A stretch of 64,000 nt of DNA from Gemmatimonadales bacterium (GTDB lineage: Bacteria; Gemmatimonadota; Gemmatimonadetes; Gemmatimonadales; GWC2-71-9): NCBI GenBank assembly GCA_036390255.1, contig DASWCE010000230.1, forward strand, positions 5,701 to 69,700. Reading direction: 5' to 3'. Below, piece after piece: positions 60,261 to 64,000 of this stretch. The notes beneath the pieces were generated by a model that saw only the letters and a program-made list of their open reading frames with translations, had not been told where the DNA came from and did no database searches. A program made the translations under genes and the position numbers. The stretch's first letter is position 1. Each line of letters starts with the position of its first letter.

Positions 60261-61891
60261 TCACGTTCGACGCGCCGGTCGTCGTGGCACTCGCCCCCGT
60301 GGTCGCCGCCGCGGTGTGGTCGGCGGGGGCCTGGGCGCGCCGCATCCGGCTGCGGCGCGCGGCGGCCTGGTCGGAGGCAACGGCCCGCATCGCGCGCTCG
60401 GCGGGTCAATTCGGCGCTCCCGCCCTGGGCCTGGCCGCGGGGCTCGCCGCCGTCGCCCTGTCGGGACCACGTTGGGGCGAAGAGCGGATCGTCACCGAGA
60501 CGCGCGGGCTCAACCTCGTGCTCGCGATCGACATTTCGCGCTCGATGCTGGCGGAAGACGTCAAGCCCAGCCGCTTGCGGCGGGCGCTGCGCGAGGCGCG
60601 CCGCCTCGTGCAGGACCTCGACGGCGATCGCCTTGGGCTCTCCGCCTTCGCGGGCACAAGCTACATCCTCTCGCCCCTGTCGGTCGATGGCTCGGCATTG
60701 ACACTGTATCTCGATGCCCTGGATCCGGATGTCGCGTCCGAAGGCGGGACGTCGCTGGCACCGGCGCTGGCTCAGGGGATCGATCTCCTGCATGCCAGTC
60801 CCGAAATCGCCGATCGCGTGCTCGTGCTGTTTACCGATGGCGAAGCGCACGACTCGCTGGAGCAGGCGGTTCAGGAAGCGCGCCGGCTCGCGGGACTCGG
60901 CATTCATTTGATCCTGGTGGCGGAAGGCGGAAAGCAGCCGACGAAAATCCCGGTGCGCGACGATCGGGGCACGCTGGTCTCGTGGCAGCAGGACGAATCC
61001 GGGAATCAGATCCTCACGAGCCGGCGCGACGATGTGCTGGGTGCGATCGCGGACGCGGCGCAGGGAACGATTGTCGCGGCGGAGCTGCCGGATCAGGCCG
61101 GTGCTGTGCGTGATCTCGTCGCCTCGTACAAGCGGGCCACGGCGACTGAGAGTCGCACGCAACACGGCCGGCCGCGCGCCTGGATTCCACTGCTCCTGGC
61201 CGGTCTGGTGCTGGCTGCCCAGACGTTCACCCGACGCACCGCCGCGCTGATTGGTCTGTTGCTGTGCGTCGTGCCTGCGCTGCACGCGCAGCGGCCGCGC
61301 TCACCCGCCGAGAAAGCGTGGGACAAGGGGGACTCGCGCGCCGCGGCCGCGGCGTACTTGGCCGAGCTGAAGTCACACGGGGACGATGACACGGCATGGT
61401 ACAACACCGGCACCGCGGCACTCGCCGCGGGCGATCCGGCGCTGGCGCGCGCGGCGCTTGCCCGGGCGGCCTCCTCACTCGATCCCGACCTGCGGTTCCG
61501 GGCGCTGTACAATCTTGGTCTCCTCGGGTTGCGCGAAGCGAAGGCGGACAGCGTCAATCGCGAGGCGCATCTGGCGGACGCCGAGCGTGCCTATCGCGAG
61601 GCGTTACTGCTGCAGCCGCACCACATCCGCGCCAAATGGAACCTCGAGCTCGTCAATCGGCTGCGTGGCGGCGGCGGACAGAACACGCCCAATCCTCCAC
61701 CTCCGCCGTCTGGTGGTGGGGGAGGCGGAGCGGCCCAACCGCCGCCACCGCCGCCGCGTGGCGGAAGCGGCATGAGCGAGTCGCAAGCGGATCAGGTGCT
61801 GCAGTCGATCGGGCAGGAAGAGCTGCGCACGCGGCGTGATCGCACCGGTCGCACGCGGCGCGCCGCGCCCGCGGGAGTGAAGGACTGGTGA
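60257..61891 (+). CDS. VWA plus TPR domain membrane protein (BatB-like)
   Basis: MIDAS VLAIDISRSM and VLFTDGEAHD, a TM segment, TPR helices, then a Gly/Pro-rich tail. Confidence 0.82.
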   Translation: MITFDAPVVVALAPVVAAAVWSAGAWARRIRLRRAAAWSEATARIARSAGQFGAPALGLAAGLAAVALSGPRWGEERIVTETRGLNLVLAIDISRSMLAEDVKPSRLRRALREARRLVQDLDGDRLGLSAFAGTSYILSPLSVDGSALTLYLDALDPDVASEGGTSLAPALAQGIDLLHASPEIADRVLVLFTDGEAHDSLEQAVQEARRLAGLGIHLILVAEGGKQPTKIPVRDDRGTLVSWQQDESGNQILTSRRDDVLGAIADAAQGTIVAAELPDQAGAVRDLVASYKRATATESRTQHGRPRAWIPLLLAGLVLAAQTFTRRTAALIGLLLCVVPALHAQRPRSPAEKAWDKGDSRAAAAAYLAELKSHGDDDTAWYNTGTAALAAGDPALARAALARAASSLDPDLRFRALYNLGLLGLREAKADSVNREAHLADAERAYREALLLQPHHIRAKWNLELVNRLRGGGGQNTPNPPPPPSGGGGGGAAQPPPPPPRGGSGMSESQADQVLQSIGQEELRTRRDRTGRTRRAAPAGVKDW

Positions 61892-64000
61892 CGCTTTCGC
61901 TGGTCGCTGTCCTGGCCCTTTTACAAGGGGCCGAAGTCACCGCCAGCGTCGATCGCACGCAGCTGCGCGTCGGCGAAGAACTGACGCTGACGGTGCGCGC
62001 GCGCACGCGCTCCGCCGATGCCGTCGAGATCGTGCTTCCTTCAATGAACGGATTCGCAATCGTGGGCTCCCGCGATATGACGGAAGTCGCGATCAACGGC
62101 GCCTCCGGATCTACGCGGACGACCGTCCGCGAGCTGCAGCTGCGTGCGCAGCAGCCTGGCGCGCTTCTCATCGGTCCGGTGCGGGCGCGGCAAGGGGGCA
62201 GCATCGTATCGACCGATCCGATTCTCGTCACCGTGGACAGTGCCGCCGATCGCACCGCGCTGACGCTGAGCCCGCTGGCCCGCTCGTTGCTCGAAACCAC
62301 GCGCGCGCCCGTCTCGCGGCGCGCCGATCGCGTCGCGCTCACCATGCTCGTGCCGAGCGACACGGTGTTCGCCGGTCAGCAGGTCGATGTGATTGCCGCT
62401 GCCTGGATCCCACGTGACTTGGGTCAGCGCATGCGCCGCCCGCCCTTCCTGACGCTCGTCACGCCGGAAGGCGTATGGGCATATCCGGCCGCCACCTCAT
62501 CTGGCGTTGCGCTCTCACGACAGGTGAGCGGTCGCTGGCTGGATCTGTTCATTGCACATCAGGTCGTGTTCCCACTTACGCCTGGCCGATTGATTATCCC
62601 GCCGGCCTCCGTCGAATACGCGCTTCCCGTGACGTTCTCGTTCTTCAGTCGTGAGGAGCGGTACGCGCTCCGCAGTGATTCAATTGCCATTACGGTCCTG
62701 CCGTTGCCCCCTAGCATCCCGGCGACGAACGTCGTCGGCGAACGTCTGAGTCTCGAGCTGCAGGTAGATCCCGCGACGACGCGTGTTGGCGAGCCGGTCG
62801 AAGCGTCGGTCACCGTCACCGGCATCGGCAACGTGGCGCTGTGGCCCGAGCCCGCGCTGCGCTGGCCCACCGGGTTTCGTGTCTACCCGGCGCAGACCGA
62901 GGTCCGTGTCGCGCCGGTGGCTGGGCGGGTCGCCGGTGGCAAGACATTCCACTTCCTGGCCGTGCCGGATTCCGCCGGCAACTTCAAGTTGCCCGAAGTG
63001 CGGTACCCCTACTTCAATGCCACAACCGGGCGCTACGAGACGGCGACATCGTCGCCCCAAGCGCTCGCCGTGGCGCCTGGGGCCGAGCCGCGTGCCGCGC
63101 GGGTGCTTCCACCGCTGCTGCCGGCCCGCGGCGAGCTTTCCAGCGAACGCCTGGGCCGGCGCCTCGGGTGGGAAGGCTGGCTACTGGTGCTGTTTGTGCC
63201 GCCGCTGTTCGCGTGGATGGTGCGGCGCCGCTCGCGGGCAGGCACGCCGTCCATCGCGACTGTCGGACCGGAGGTGACGCCGCTGGGTCGCGTTGAGCGT
63301 GAGTTTCTTGCGGTGCTCGCGAGTCATGTCTCAGATCCGTTCGCGCGCGATGGGGATGGCTTGGCGCAAGCGTTACGCGCCGCCGGCGTCGATAGCGCCG
63401 TTGCCGATCACGTCAAACGGCTGCGCGACCGGCTGCGTGCCGCGCGTTATGGGCCTCGTGGCTTAGGCGACGCGGCCGAGCTCGCGGCCGAGATCCAACA
63501 GGTGCTGCGCGTCCTGGGCGCGGACGGACCAACGGGGGGTGGGACCAGGCGACCGCACCCGCTCGTGGCTACGGGGCTGCTGCTGCTGCTGGTTTTCGTT
63601 CCACGGGTCGAATCGCAGCAGACCGCCAGCGCGGAAGCATTATTCGAGGCCGGGGCCCTGCGGGCCGCGGCCGACTCGTTCGCCGCGCGCGCCACGCGCG
63701 ACCCGCGCGATCCAGCGCACTGGTACAATCTCGGCGCCACGCTGTATCGCGCGGGGGCGGACGGCAAGGCCACGGCGGCATGGATTCGTGCGGCGCGACT
63801 GGCGCCGCGTAATGAGGCGATTCGCCGAGCGCTGCGGCTGCTGCCGGCACCGGATCCTGTGACCGAACAGCTCCTCCGCGTCGGCTGGGCCACACCGATC
63901 GAATGGGGATTTCTGGGCGCGGCGAGTTGGGTGGTTCTGTGGCTCGCCGTCGCCGCGGGTGCCCGCCGCCGCGTGCCGCTCGTGCTGATCGGCGCCGTCG
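61888..64000 (+). CDS. BatD-like (oxygen-tolerance family) protein fused in frame to a TPR (BatC/E-like) module; 3' end outside window
   Basis: My own codon-by-codon translation from GTG 61888 (GTGA overlap with the BatB-like stop) found no stop through 63999. Sequence starts VTLSLVAVLALLQGAEVTASVDRTQLRVGEELTLTV, has TM WLLVLFVPPLFAWMV and a second hydrophobic segment LVATGLLLLLVFV, then TPR AHWYNLGATLYRAG. Absent from the supplied ORF track. Confidence 0.75.
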   Translation, partial: MTLSLVAVLALLQGAEVTASVDRTQLRVGEELTLTVRARTRSADAVEIVLPSMNGFAIVGSRDMTEVAINGASGSTRTTVRELQLRAQQPGALLIGPVRARQGGSIVSTDPILVTVDSAADRTALTLSPLARSLLETTRAPVSRRADRVALTMLVPSDTVFAGQQVDVIAAAWIPRDLGQRMRRPPFLTLVTPEGVWAYPAATSSGVALSRQVSGRWLDLFIAHQVVFPLTPGRLIIPPASVEYALPVTFSFFSREERYALRSDSIAITVLPLPPSIPATNVVGERLSLELQVDPATTRVGEPVEASVTVTGIGNVALWPEPALRWPTGFRVYPAQTEVRVAPVAGRVAGGKTFHFLAVPDSAGNFKLPEVRYPYFNATTGRYETATSSPQALAVAPGAEPRAARVLPPLLPARGELSSERLGRRLGWEGWLLVLFVPPLFAWMVRRRSRAGTPSIATVGPEVTPLGRVEREFLAVLASHVSDPFARDGDGLAQALRAAGVDSAVADHVKRLRDRLRAARYGPRGLGDAAELAAEIQQVLRVLGADGPTGGGTRRPHPLVATGLLLLLVFVPRVESQQTASAEALFEAGALRAAADSFAARATRDPRDPAHWYNLGATLYRAGADGKATAAWIRAARLAPRNEAIRRALRLLPAPDPVTEQLLRVGWATPIEWGFLGAASWVVLWLAVAAGARRRVPLVLIGAV

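Noticed and set aside
61672-61765. Gly/Pro-rich low-complexity coding stretches as possible repeat elements. Examples are GGGGQNTPNPPPPPSGGGGGAAQPPPPPPRGG in the BatB-like protein, PPAAAPPAAPPPQPSPAPPEPPP at about 55375-55445, and GRGGGGGWGGG at about 54670-54705.
   Set aside because: They are in frame within linker regions of proteins and have no nucleotide-level periodic repeat unit. They are consistent with composition-driven disordered linkers.

Overview
Visibly GC-rich (roughly two-thirds G+C by eye, not computed) and extremely gene-dense bacterial chromosomal window. I call 68 protein-coding genes, 2 tRNAs and 1 riboswitch, with almost no intergenic DNA. By eye, 29 same-strand gene junctions are 4-nt ATGA/GTGA start/stop overlaps. 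All genes are on the + strand except an 8-gene block (31853-39830) and rpsT.

Most content is core metabolism:
- argS (5' partial), a PfkB kinase and purM
- the riboflavin operon ribD-ribE-ribBA-ribH, then nusB and a GT4 glycosyltransferase
- hpf-hprK, a complete mannose-family PTS (EIIA/B/C/D), ptsH and ptsI
- metK and ahcY
- a cobalamin riboswitch controlling btuF/C/D-like genes and a TonB-dependent receptor
- recO, selB, clpB and tadA
- two tandem tRNA-Ser genes
- pyrR-pyrB-pyrC, rpsT, scpA/scpB and rluB

More accessory content:
1. A minus-strand operon plus a divergent aryl-CoA ligase. It appears to join the kynurenine pathway (kynA, kynU) to a 2-aminobenzoyl-CoA monooxygenase/reductase-type fusion enzyme and beta-oxidation-like genes.
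2. A MoxR/DUF58/VWA/BatD (Bat-like) operon, extended upstream by two uncharacterised proteins. It ends in a long ORF that runs off the window and is missing from the supplied ORF track.
3. A signal-less BtuF-like paralogue and a DUF3857/transglutaminase-like protein behind the B12 uptake genes.
4. A 148-aa secreted protein that is essentially only a T9SS/FlgD-Ig-type C-terminal domain.

I saw no rRNA, CRISPR array, IS element, integrase or prophage genes. I did not find an unambiguous, wholly novel system. The best candidates are hypotheses built on gene context and are labelled as such. A Gemmatimonadota-like origin is only a low-confidence guess from composition and protein flavour.
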